Positions 50,984 through 60,280 of a DNA stretch of 64,000 nt are shown piece by piece. Made by a program: the position numbers and the translations under genes. The DNA comes from Nitrospinaceae bacterium (GTDB taxonomy: Bacteria; Nitrospinota; Nitrospinia; Nitrospinales; Nitrospinaceae): positions 2,112,001 to 2,176,000 of the forward strand of contig OZ250172.1 of assembly GCA_965237905.1 (NCBI GenBank), read 5' to 3'. Each line of letters begins with the position of its first letter. The first letter of the stretch is position 1. The notes under the pieces are model-generated. The model saw only the letters and a list, made by a program, of their open reading frames with translations. It did no database searches and was not told where the DNA came from.

Positions 50984-51795
50984 TCCCTAAAAATTTTCTG
51001 ATTTTCTTTCCGGTCTTCCTCGAGTATTTTGTTCCAGTCGCGTTTGATGCGCGGCGCATCCTGAAAATCCTGATAAATTCCCCGGGCCAACTCCAGCCGG
51101 TCCACCCCTTCCGGTGCCACCTGGATGTCCAACTGCGCCAGCCCCATATCAAAATCCCGGTTCAGCAGGGACTCGGGATCCATGTCGTACTCCTTTAATG
51201 CCTGCTTGACCATTCCCGGTTCGGAACGAAAACGCTTCGCCACTTCGTTGATGTTGGCCGTGCGGTATCCTTTATCCGTGGTGATGCCCAGATGATAAGC
51301 ACAGAACAACTCGAACGGATCAATGTTGCCGACCTGCTTGCCGCTCTCGCGGGGAGCCGAATTACTCTGGGTTGGGGCCGTCTTTTGGACGGCAGCATCG
51401 TTGTTGGGACGGGAATGGGGTTTGTTCCGCGTTTGATTTCGGTTGGGTTTGCCTGATCGGTTTTTGCTGTTAGACGGTTTGTTCTTTCCGCGCGAGCCGG
51501 CGCCACTTTTGTTTTCGTTCTTCTTTGCTTTTGGATCCCACTGGTTTCTTTTAACCGTTGGCATATGGGAACTCAAGGTGCTGGTGTCCGAAGCCCAGGC
51601 CTGGGAGATTTCGTTTCGGCTTTTGCTACGGGACGAGGAATTGCGCTGGCCGTTGGCGGATCCCTGTCCGTTGCGCTGGCTATTGGAGGAGGAGGTTTTC
51701 TGACCGTTGCCGCCCCGCTGATCGTTTTTACCGGTGGGTCTGCGGTTCTTCTGGCCCCGGCGTTGTGAAGAATTGGATTGACCTGGATTTCTCAA
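50980..51795 (-). CDS. Hypothetical protein: low-complexity basic N-terminus plus folded C-terminal domain
   Basis: TTG start with AAGGA upstream; about 150 aa rich in S/N/R/Q/G/K, then DPFELFCAYHLGI.... Confidence 0.7.
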   Translation of the reverse strand: MRNPGQSNSSQRRGQKNRRPTGKNDQRGGNGQKTSSSNSQRNGQGSANGQRNSSSRSKSRNEISQAWASDTSTLSSHMPTVKRNQWDPKAKKNENKSGAGSRGKNKPSNSKNRSGKPNRNQTRNKPHSRPNNDAAVQKTAPTQSNSAPRESGKQVGNIDPFELFCAYHLGITTDKGYRTANINEVAKRFRSEPGMVKQALKEYDMDPESLLNRDFDMGLAQLDIQVAPEGVDRLELARGIYQDFQDAPRIKRDWNKILEEDRKENQKIFRD

Positions 51796-51839
51796 AATAA
51801 ATTCCTTTATAAAATATAAAAATGAAAACTAAACGGCTC

Positions 51840-53648
51840 TTATGCAGTTAAAGTCTGTAATTCGCCGACCAGCTCCCCGAATTTTCCCAATGCGGTTTCG
51901 ATCGGCTTGGGAGAGCTCATGTCCACTCCCGCACCCTTCAAAAGATCGATGGGGAATTTGGAACCTCCCGACTTTAAAAAGTTGAGGTAAGCACTCAGTT
52001 CCTTTTCGCCGCCGTTGAGGACTTTGTTCGCCAGCGCATAAGCGGCGGAAATACCGGTGGCGTATTTGTAAACGTAAAACCCGAAATAAAAATGCGGGAT
52101 GCGGAAACACTCGAGTGACAGGCAGGGGTCCAGCACCACGCCGTCGCCGAAATAGGTTTCCATCAGTTTTCTGTAAATGTCCTGGAAGGCGTCCACCGTC
52201 ATCGGTTGCCCCACTTCGGCGGCCTGGTAAATTTGATGTTCGAACTCGGCGAACATGGTCTGCCGGATCAGCGTGCCGCGGAAATTGTCGATCTCCCGGC
52301 AGATCAGGTAAATGCGCATATCGCGGTTGATGTCCTGACTCAAAAAGTATCGTGTCAACAGCGCCTCGTTGAAGGTGGAAGCGACCTCTGCAACGAAAAT
52401 GGTGTAGTCGGCGTAGATATAAGGTTGATTTTTATTTGAAGAGTGCGAATGCATGGAATGGCCCGCTTCATGCGCGAGGGTGTAGACGCTGTTGATGTTG
52501 TCGTCCAGATAGTTCATCAGGATGAACGGATTGGAATCGTAACAGCCGGAGGAGTAGGCGCCGCTTCGCTTGCCCTTGTTTTCATAACGGTCTACCCAGC
52601 GCTTATCGAGCAATCCCTCTTTCATGGTGCCGACGTAATCGCTTCCCAGAGGGGCCAGCGCTTCGCATATCTTATCCACCGCCTCCTCGTAAGGCATGTT
52701 CCATTGGATGTCCTTCACCAGAGGAACACTGTTGTCGTAGGCGTGCAGTTCGTCCAGACCCAGCATTCGTTTTCGTATATCGAAATACTGATAGAGCGGG
52801 CCCAGATGATTGCGCACGGTTTGTATCAAATTGTCGTACACCTCGATGGGAATATTTTCGTAGAACAGGTTCATTTCGCGGACGGAAGGATAGTTTCTCG
52901 CCTGCGCGTAAAAAATATCTTTTTTGAGACTGCCGGACAGCAAGGTCGAGTAGGTGAACTTATGATCTTCGTAAGCCTTGTAGAACGTTTCGAAGGCTTC
53001 CTTCCGGACCCGCCGGTCTTGCTTTTGCAGGAGACTTTGCAGGTTGCCCTGGGTGATGGCAATCTCTTTTCCTTCTTCGTCTTTCACCGTGCCCAGTTTC
53101 AGATCAGCATTGTCCAGCATACCGAACGCATTTTGCGGCGCGCGCGCGATTTCCGATGATGCCGCCAGCAGGGCCTCTTCTTTTTTTGAAAGCGTATGTT
53201 TACGGTAGCGCAACTGCCGTTCGAGATACAGTCGATACAGCTCCAAGTCCGGGTGGTCGAGAAATCCCTGCATCGTCGCTTCCGGGATTTCCATGATCTC
53301 CGAATTGATAAAACTCCGCGCCTGCTGATATTGGGTCAGCAAGCGGGTGACCTTTTCATAGTTGCCCTGATGGAGGTTGTTGGTTTTATCTTCATCGTTG
53401 CGCAGGTGGGCGAAGGTGTGCACCTTCTCCAAGGTCCGGGAAAACGCCATATCGAATTCCAGACAGGCTTTGAGCTTGTCGGCGGATTCTCCCAACGTTC
53501 CCTGGAACGATACATACTGTTGCATCTGCGATTCCAGAGATTGGAAATCCGCCTGCCAGGTTTCGGCCGATGCGTACAGGCCGTCCAAATCCCACGTGCC
53601 ATTCGCCGGGATGGAGTCTCGGGTTGTGAGTTCTGCGATTGCTTCCAT
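51840..53648 (-). CDS. pepF: Oligoendopeptidase F (M3B)
   Basis: KRSGAYSSG, HEAGHSMH, AEVAST, IPHFY..FYVYKYATG. Confidence 0.95.
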   Translation of the reverse strand: MEAIAELTTRDSIPANGTWDLDGLYASAETWQADFQSLESQMQQYVSFQGTLGESADKLKACLEFDMAFSRTLEKVHTFAHLRNDEDKTNNLHQGNYEKVTRLLTQYQQARSFINSEIMEIPEATMQGFLDHPDLELYRLYLERQLRYRKHTLSKKEEALLAASSEIARAPQNAFGMLDNADLKLGTVKDEEGKEIAITQGNLQSLLQKQDRRVRKEAFETFYKAYEDHKFTYSTLLSGSLKKDIFYAQARNYPSVREMNLFYENIPIEVYDNLIQTVRNHLGPLYQYFDIRKRMLGLDELHAYDNSVPLVKDIQWNMPYEEAVDKICEALAPLGSDYVGTMKEGLLDKRWVDRYENKGKRSGAYSSGCYDSNPFILMNYLDDNINSVYTLAHEAGHSMHSHSSNKNQPYIYADYTIFVAEVASTFNEALLTRYFLSQDINRDMRIYLICREIDNFRGTLIRQTMFAEFEHQIYQAAEVGQPMTVDAFQDIYRKLMETYFGDGVVLDPCLSLECFRIPHFYFGFYVYKYATGISAAYALANKVLNGGEKELSAYLNFLKSGGSKFPIDLLKGAGVDMSSPKPIETALGKFGELVGELQTLTA

Positions 53649-53708
53649 GTATTAAAACTTAAACCCAGTGATTGGGGGAAAGTACTCAACCAACTTCAGT
53701 AAGAGGGG

Positions 53709-56360
53709 TCAGGCCAAGGCCTGCTCGATAGTTTTCAAATGAACTTGAAGTTTGGTTTGCTTTTCCGACAGGTCCTTGTGTTTCTGCCGGTCCTTTTCGA
53801 TAACGTCCGGAGGCGCCTTATCTACGAAATTGGGGTTGGAAAGCTTCTTACTTAAAAATATGATCTCTTTTTCAACTTTTTTCAACTCTTTTTCGATACG
53901 CTTTTTTTCCTCTCCAAAATCCATCAAACCTTCCAAAGGTACGATGACCTCCGCGCCGCTCAAAATCGAAGAGGCAGAGACCTTTGGTTTGACCACCGAA
54001 GGGCCGACCTCCAGGTCCTCCAGCCGTGCCAGCTCTATGACGTAATGTGCAGAAGTATTGGTGATTAGCTCCTTTTCGGAGTCGTTCGTTCTAATTCGAA
54101 GAGGGATTTTGAGGCTGGGTTTCAGGTTCATCTCGCCACGGATATTGCGGGCGGCATTAATGATTTCCATGACCCACTGTAAATGTGTTTCTGCTTCGGC
54201 ATCCTCACGTTTCGGATCAAATTCGGGGAACGGTGCAACCATTATGCTGTCCCCGTCCTTCGGCAATTTCTGCCAGATCTCCTCGGTGATGAACGGCATG
54301 AACGGATGCAGTAATTTCAATGTCGCTTCCAATGCATGAACCAGGACATTCTGGGTAGCATGTTTTTCGTCCGTATTATTCGAATTCAGGCGCGATTTCG
54401 AAAGCTCGATATACCAGTCACAAAACTCATTCCAGATAAATTTGTAGAGAGCCGTCGCGGCATCGTTGAACCGAAACGCTTCCAGGGCCACCTGGACGTC
54501 CTGCGCGGTGCGGTTGAGGCGGCTGAGGATCCAACGATCCGCCAAGCTCTGGTGCTTGCTGGCTTCCAGTGCGCAGGTGCCCTGGTAATCTTCCAGATTC
54601 ATAAAAGCGAACCGCGATGCGTTCCACAGCTTGTTGCAGAAGTTGCGGTAGCCGTCGATGCGTTCCTCGTCCAGCTTGATGTCGCGTCCCTGCGCGGCAA
54701 ATGCCGCCAGCGTGAACCGGAGCGCGTCCGTTCCGTATTGATCCATCACCGCCAAAGGGTCGATGACGTTGCCCTTGGTCTTACTCATCTTTTGTCCTTC
54801 GGCATCGCGGATCAGGGCGTGGATATAAACATGGTGAAACGGGATGTCGTCCATGAACTTCAGTCCCATCATGATCATGCGCGCCACCCAAAAGAACAGG
54901 ATGTCGAACCCGGTACACAGTACGGAGGTGGGGTAGAATCTTTTCAATGACTCGGTTTGATCCGGCCAGCCGAGAGTGGAAAACGGCCACAGGGCGGAGC
55001 TGAACCAGGTGTCCAGTACGTCGGTTTCCTGCACGAGGTCGGACCCGCCGCAATGTTTGCAGGCCGACGGTGTTTCGCGTGCCACAGTGAACTCGTTGCA
55101 TTTTCCACAGGTCCAGGCCGGTATCTGGTGGCCCCACCAGATTTGCCGGGAGATGCACCAGTCGCGGATGTTCTCCATCCATTCAAAATACGTGTTCTCC
55201 CAGAATTTTGGAACGATTTGGATAGTCCCGTTACGCACCACCTCGATCGCCGGTTTCGCCAGGGGTTTGGTTTTCACGAACCATTGTTTGGACAGATACG
55301 GTTCGACCACCGTCTTGCACCGGTAGCAATGGCCGACCTTATGCGTATGGTCTTCGATCTTGACCAGCAAATCCTGTGTTTTCAAATCTTCGACAATGGC
55401 TTTCCGCGCCTCGAACCGATCCTGTCCTTTATAAGGCCCGGCCTTATCGTTCATGCGCGCATCCGTGTCCATGACGTTGATCGATTCCAATTTATGGCGT
55501 TGGCCAATTTCAAAGTCGTTGGGATCGTGTGCCGGAGTGACCTTCAATGCGCCGGTGCCGAATTCGGTATCGACGTAACTGTCTTCGATCACCGGCAGTT
55601 CCCGTTTCAGCAGAGGCAGGATGACTTTTTTTCCGCCCTGACCCTTGTGCCGCGGGTCTTCCGGGTTGATGGCCACCGCCGTATCGCCCAGCATGGTTTC
55701 GGGACGCGTGGTGGCGACGATCAATGCGCCGCTTCCGTCCTTCAACGGATATTTGATATGGTACAAATGTCCCGGTTTTTCCTGGTGCTCGACTTCGAGG
55801 TCGGACAACGCGGTGTGGCACCGGGGACAGCAGTTGATGATGTAGTCGCCTTTATAGATCAATCCTTCGTCATAAAGAGAAACGAACACCTCACGCACCG
55901 CACGCGACAACCCTTCATCCATCGTGAACCGGTCGCGTTCCCAGTCCAGCGAACAGCCCAATTGCACCAGTTGATGAGTGATGTTGCCGCCGGATTCCTT
56001 TTTCCATTGCCAGACGCGCTCGATAAATTTTTCGCGCCCGACTTCCTGGCGATTGGTGCCTTCGGCCTGGAGCTGGCGTTCGACCACGTTCTGCGTGGCG
56101 ATGCCGGCGTGGTCGGTGCCCGGTTGCCACAGGGTGTTGATGCCGAGCATTCTTTTCCAGCGCGCCATGATGTCCTGCAGGGTATTGTTGAACGCATGGC
56201 CCATGTGCAGGGATCCGGTAATGTTAGGCGGCGGGATGGCCATGGAAAATGTTTCACCGTCACGCGCTTCATCGGCATGCGCCAGACGGAGCTTGGCCCA
56301 ATACTCGAGCCACCGCTTTTCGACATCATGCGGTTGATATTGTTTGTCCAACTGGATCAT
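53709..56360 (-). CDS. valS: Valine--tRNA ligase
   Basis: PPPNITGSLHMGH, DHAGIATQ, WCISRQIWWGH, KMSKT; C-terminal coiled coil. Confidence 0.98.
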   Translation of the reverse strand: MIQLDKQYQPHDVEKRWLEYWAKLRLAHADEARDGETFSMAIPPPNITGSLHMGHAFNNTLQDIMARWKRMLGINTLWQPGTDHAGIATQNVVERQLQAEGTNRQEVGREKFIERVWQWKKESGGNITHQLVQLGCSLDWERDRFTMDEGLSRAVREVFVSLYDEGLIYKGDYIINCCPRCHTALSDLEVEHQEKPGHLYHIKYPLKDGSGALIVATTRPETMLGDTAVAINPEDPRHKGQGGKKVILPLLKRELPVIEDSYVDTEFGTGALKVTPAHDPNDFEIGQRHKLESINVMDTDARMNDKAGPYKGQDRFEARKAIVEDLKTQDLLVKIEDHTHKVGHCYRCKTVVEPYLSKQWFVKTKPLAKPAIEVVRNGTIQIVPKFWENTYFEWMENIRDWCISRQIWWGHQIPAWTCGKCNEFTVARETPSACKHCGGSDLVQETDVLDTWFSSALWPFSTLGWPDQTESLKRFYPTSVLCTGFDILFFWVARMIMMGLKFMDDIPFHHVYIHALIRDAEGQKMSKTKGNVIDPLAVMDQYGTDALRFTLAAFAAQGRDIKLDEERIDGYRNFCNKLWNASRFAFMNLEDYQGTCALEASKHQSLADRWILSRLNRTAQDVQVALEAFRFNDAATALYKFIWNEFCDWYIELSKSRLNSNNTDEKHATQNVLVHALEATLKLLHPFMPFITEEIWQKLPKDGDSIMVAPFPEFDPKREDAEAETHLQWVMEIINAARNIRGEMNLKPSLKIPLRIRTNDSEKELITNTSAHYVIELARLEDLEVGPSVVKPKVSASSILSGAEVIVPLEGLMDFGEEKKRIEKELKKVEKEIIFLSKKLSNPNFVDKAPPDVIEKDRQKHKDLSEKQTKLQVHLKTIEQALA

Positions 56361-56506
56361 AGACTGTCTTCTGTTAATCCTGCTTCAATAAAAATCCCAC
56401 CGAGCCTCAAGGCATTTTTCGGGGTATTCAAAAAAAATATCGGAGGGGTTGCGCTTGCGGGAAAGGAGGGATGTTATCACAAAATCCAGGGAGCGGGAAT
56501 CCTGTT

Positions 56507-57655
56507 TCAGGCATCTTTCATTTTTTTGATCGTTTCGATTTCTTCCTGGATGACCTTCCGGATGATTTTTGGCGCTACCTCTCTCAGTACCTGCCGCACG
56601 GTTTTTTCGAAGGAAGCCGGAGTATCGTGCCTCGCATCTTCTGGAATCTGGCCTGATATGTAATCCAGATGCTCATCGATGATGCGGTTCGCCAGGGAGG
56701 AGCCGGCGGCGTCCCTTGTAGGCGCGGGGCCTTTCTCGGCCTCCGTTTTCGAAATGGGGGTGATTTTCAGTTCTTCCTCAACCGGATGGCTGGCCATGAA
56801 AGAAAGCGTTTCTTCGATCAGGTTCGGTTTGGAGCCGGGTTTCCGTTTCGGGGCGTCTTTCAACTCGGATTTGGGGGATGAGAGGACCGATTGAAACATC
56901 GAGTTTAAATCACCCATCTTTACTTTAACGGGACGAGTTTCCGCACGGAGAGTTTCCTCCGAGATGTCCGCAGTGATCCCTGGAGTTACTTTTATTTTCG
57001 GATTATCCTGGGGCAGTTTTTTATCCTCTCTGGTTTTTTCCGCAGGTCGAGGCCTTTCTTCCCGGGACTTCTCAATTTTTAGTACAGAGGGAGCATCGGT
57101 CTCTAAATCGATTTCCTCTATAGAGGGTTTGGAATCTTTGTCTTCAGCGAATAATTGTTTGACCGGGTCGGAAGTGGATTCTTTTGGCTTATTGACGATA
57201 TCCTTGAACTCGTTTAGGATCACCTCGCTGTTCTCTGGTTCCTGAGGGGATTCGGTTCTCTTTGCCTGCGCTTCTTTTCCCGGTTCGGGTATTTTTAATT
57301 GCGATTTGACTTTTTTGAGGATTTCTTCAGTTTTAAAGGGTTTGGAAATAAAATCATCCGCCCGCGAAATTTCCAGTTCCACCTGGTCGATATCCTCAAA
57401 ATCGCTGGTGAGTAGAATCACCCGGACGGCTCCAAAGGATGGGGAATTTTTGATCTGCCGGCAGAGTTCATATCCGTCGATCCCCGGCAAATGAATGTCT
57501 GCGAGAACGATATCGGGTTGAAATTCCCACATATACTCCAGGACGTGTTCGCCTCGGCTGATGCCTTCCACCGTAATGCCCTCATCTTCAAATGCCATGG
57601 CCACGATTTTGTGGATGGTGGGGCTTTCGTCGGCTACCAGTATTTTTGCACTCAT
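56507..57655 (-). CDS. RomR-like response regulator (receiver + disordered linker + C-terminal helical motif)
   Basis: Receiver ILVADESPTI...DIVLADI...ADDFISKPF; P/E/K-rich linker; C-terminus VLREVAPKIIRKVIQEEIETIK. Confidence 0.72.
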   Translation of the reverse strand: MSAKILVADESPTIHKIVAMAFEDEGITVEGISRGEHVLEYMWEFQPDIVLADIHLPGIDGYELCRQIKNSPSFGAVRVILLTSDFEDIDQVELEISRADDFISKPFKTEEILKKVKSQLKIPEPGKEAQAKRTESPQEPENSEVILNEFKDIVNKPKESTSDPVKQLFAEDKDSKPSIEEIDLETDAPSVLKIEKSREERPRPAEKTREDKKLPQDNPKIKVTPGITADISEETLRAETRPVKVKMGDLNSMFQSVLSSPKSELKDAPKRKPGSKPNLIEETLSFMASHPVEEELKITPISKTEAEKGPAPTRDAAGSSLANRIIDEHLDYISGQIPEDARHDTPASFEKTVRQVLREVAPKIIRKVIQEEIETIKKMKDA

Positions 57656-57851
57656 GGAAAACATCCCTTATTCTGGAACGGGTATCGAAACCGTTTGAGA
57701 ATAGTCGAATCGCTATTAAGAAACGGGCAGGAAGTCTGCTAACTACTTAAAAAGTATAACACAAGCCTTCTTCGGCGGGCAATGTAGGGAAGGCTCTCAA
57801 AGTCCCTGGTTTTTTGCCTCGCTGGATAAGCGGAGTGGTAACATAATTGGA

Positions 57852-59732
57852 ATGGAAATTCGTATGATGTGGACAATGCTCAAGCAGAATCTCCCAATTG
57901 GAAAGAGTACCGAGAAAACGGTTTGGGACCGTTGGGCCCGACGGGTAGCGGCCTTTCTAGTGGTTCTGGCCCTCTGGCCACAGGGGGTGCAGGCGGAATA
58001 CCCGCAATGGGATCTGGCGGCCGACGTCAAGTCACGCTTCAGCACCGGGTGTTCCTCGGTTCAGGAACTGATGACCCAGGCAGAAGCCAGGGGATTGGAC
58101 AGCCTCTTGTTTGGCGACCACGACCGCAAATCCATTCAATACGGGGTCCCGTATGTGGAGAGAATCCTCCGTATCAAAATGGGCAGTCCTTCCTTATTGG
58201 ACAACGGCGCGACCACTTACCTGAGCGAGATCAACCAGATCGACCAAACGGATGACACCCTGGTTCTGGTGCCGGGGGTGGAAAGCGCACCGTTTTACTA
58301 TTGGACAGGCAACCCGCTGGACAAAAACCTCGTTGCCCACAACTGGGACAAGCACCTGCTGATCATCGGCCTTCCTAATTCCCGGGATTATGAAGAACTG
58401 CCCACGTTGAACAGCAGTTTCACCACCCGTTACCTGGGAGACGGTTATCTTCTTTTCCTGATATTTTGTATCGCGGCGCTGATCGGTCTTTACGGTTTTA
58501 TGGGCAAGCGCCGGCGCGGCATCTCTTTTATGTTTGCTCTGGTCATGGCCTTGCTGGCCGCCAATACGCACCCTTTTAAAAGTTCTCCTTTCGATCAGTA
58601 TCATGGTGACCAGGGAGTCGAGCCTTATCAATACTTGATCGATTACGCGGACTCCAAAGGGGCGCTGGTGTTTTGGAATCATCTGGAAACACCGGTGAGT
58701 GACGAACTCCACGGCGATCTGATCCAAGTGAAAACCCGGACGGACAGTCATCCCGAGGACCTGTTGCTGACGCGCCGTTACACCGGATTCCAGGCGATGA
58801 GTACTTCCCAGGTATCCGCCGTTGAACCCGGAAAGGAATGGGATCAGGTGCTCATGCAGTATCTCGACGGCAAGCGGGACCGCCCGGTGTGGGGTTACGG
58901 TCCCAACGATTTTCGTTGCAGAGGGAAGGATGGGGATCTCTTGGGCGGAGTGCGGACCGTGGTGCTGGCGAAGCAGAAAAGTCGGCCCGCCTTAGTGAAA
59001 GCTCTTGGAGCAGGACGCATGTACGCAGTGAAACAGGGAGAGGGCAAGAATCGCCTGTCTCTGGATTCGTTTGAGTTAATAGACTCTGCAACCGGCAACC
59101 GGGCGGTGATGGGGGAAGAACTTAAAACCGCGGGCCCACCGGACATAGAACTCAAAATAAATATGACGGACGGTGAATCCAATGCCCGCGCTCATATCCG
59201 CCTCATCCGCAATGGTCAGGTGGTGAAACAGGGTTTGCTCAGCCTGCCGTATGAGGGCGTGTGGCAGGATGCCTTACCTCCGCATCGGGGGTATTACCGG
59301 TTGTTGGTGGAGGTTGACGCCCACAACCAACTGGTTTCCAATCCCATCTTCTTTAATTCCGGACACAGCCAGAAAACAGAAGTGGCTTCGGCAACGACGG
59401 ATGCGCTCCCCGCGCCTGATCCTCCACCGGCCTCTCCGGTCAAGGATAGTGCCGTGCCGCTTCCAACCCAGGAAGAAACAGCGCTTGCCCCCGCAACCGA
59501 ACCCCCGGCTCTCATAGAAAAATATGTAGAAGTGACGGGCCGCGGTGTCCGGCTCCGCAAAGGACCCAGCACCCAGTTCCCGGTGGTGGGGAAAGTTACC
59601 CAGGGCGAGCGACTGCTCTTCGTTCGCCGGACGGACGTGATGTTCTACAGCAAACCCTGGATCGTGATTAAAAAAGAGGGGGAACTTGCCTACGTGTGGG
59701 AAGGGCTCGTCAAAGAACTGCCGGATGATTAG
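57852..59732 (+). CDS. Membrane-anchored PHP-like hydrolase with C-terminal SH3-like domain (start uncertain)
   Basis: GDHD, PGVE, FWNH, GPND; internal TM hairpin; Pro/Ala linker; VRLRKGPST...YVW. Confidence 0.65.
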   Translation: MEIRMMWTMLKQNLPIGKSTEKTVWDRWARRVAAFLVVLALWPQGVQAEYPQWDLAADVKSRFSTGCSSVQELMTQAEARGLDSLLFGDHDRKSIQYGVPYVERILRIKMGSPSLLDNGATTYLSEINQIDQTDDTLVLVPGVESAPFYYWTGNPLDKNLVAHNWDKHLLIIGLPNSRDYEELPTLNSSFTTRYLGDGYLLFLIFCIAALIGLYGFMGKRRRGISFMFALVMALLAANTHPFKSSPFDQYHGDQGVEPYQYLIDYADSKGALVFWNHLETPVSDELHGDLIQVKTRTDSHPEDLLLTRRYTGFQAMSTSQVSAVEPGKEWDQVLMQYLDGKRDRPVWGYGPNDFRCRGKDGDLLGGVRTVVLAKQKSRPALVKALGAGRMYAVKQGEGKNRLSLDSFELIDSATGNRAVMGEELKTAGPPDIELKINMTDGESNARAHIRLIRNGQVVKQGLLSLPYEGVWQDALPPHRGYYRLLVEVDAHNQLVSNPIFFNSGHSQKTEVASATTDALPAPDPPPASPVKDSAVPLPTQEETALAPATEPPALIEKYVEVTGRGVRLRKGPSTQFPVVGKVTQGERLLFVRRTDVMFYSKPWIVIKKEGELAYVWEGLVKELPDD

Positions 59733-60277
59733 CGGAATTGATTCACCCGCGTTCCCTTGTTCAGCGTGTACAGAAACAGTGTTTTGTCGGCGCTGACTTT
59801 ATCCGGAGTCATGCCCTGAATGCAGAACCGGTAACAGAGAATTTTGACCGTAGGTTTCAATTGATCGAGAATGTCCGGGAATAACTTGTCGATGGCCTGG
59901 TGGGTGAGGTAGATGAACAGGATGTCGGCCTCCCGATAGTTGGTGTCGAAGATGTTGGCGCGCACGATCTTTACCTTGTCCGGCACTCCCGCAAAGCGCA
60001 CCCTTAAGTTTGCCAGCCACACCTTGATCGGATCGATTTCGATTCCCGTTCCCAGCAGACCATAATCCTTTGCGGCGGTGATCAACACCCGTCCGTCGCC
60101 CGAACCCAGATCGACAATATGTTCTCCCGCCTGCGTTTCGCAGAAATCCAGCGCGCGTTTCAAATCCCTGCGGGAGATCGGATGCCACGGCGAACCGAAC
60201 AGTGCCGGACCGATCACCATCACCGCTAACAGCAATGCGGCTCCGATGGCAAAAATGGAAATCAAAGTGGTGGTCAT
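59729..60277 (-). CDS. Class I SAM-dependent methyltransferase with N-terminal TM helix
   Basis: VDLGSGDGR, GIEID. Confidence 0.85.
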   Translation of the reverse strand: MTTTLISIFAIGAALLLAVMVIGPALFGSPWHPISRRDLKRALDFCETQAGEHIVDLGSGDGRVLITAAKDYGLLGTGIEIDPIKVWLANLRVRFAGVPDKVKIVRANIFDTNYREADILFIYLTHQAIDKLFPDILDQLKPTVKILCYRFCIQGMTPDKVSADKTLFLYTLNKGTRVNQFR

Positions 60278-60280
60278 AAA

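Noticed and set aside
56361..56506. T-box leader upstream of valS
   Set aside because: No GGTGGNACC T-box motif or terminator/antiterminator seen.
54957..56663. 568-aa plus-strand ORF and similar long antisense ORFs (229-1167, 16779-17732, 38499-39794, 42624-44075)
   Set aside because: They lie opposite clearly recognisable genes and have no motifs; they are shadow ORFs caused by codon bias.
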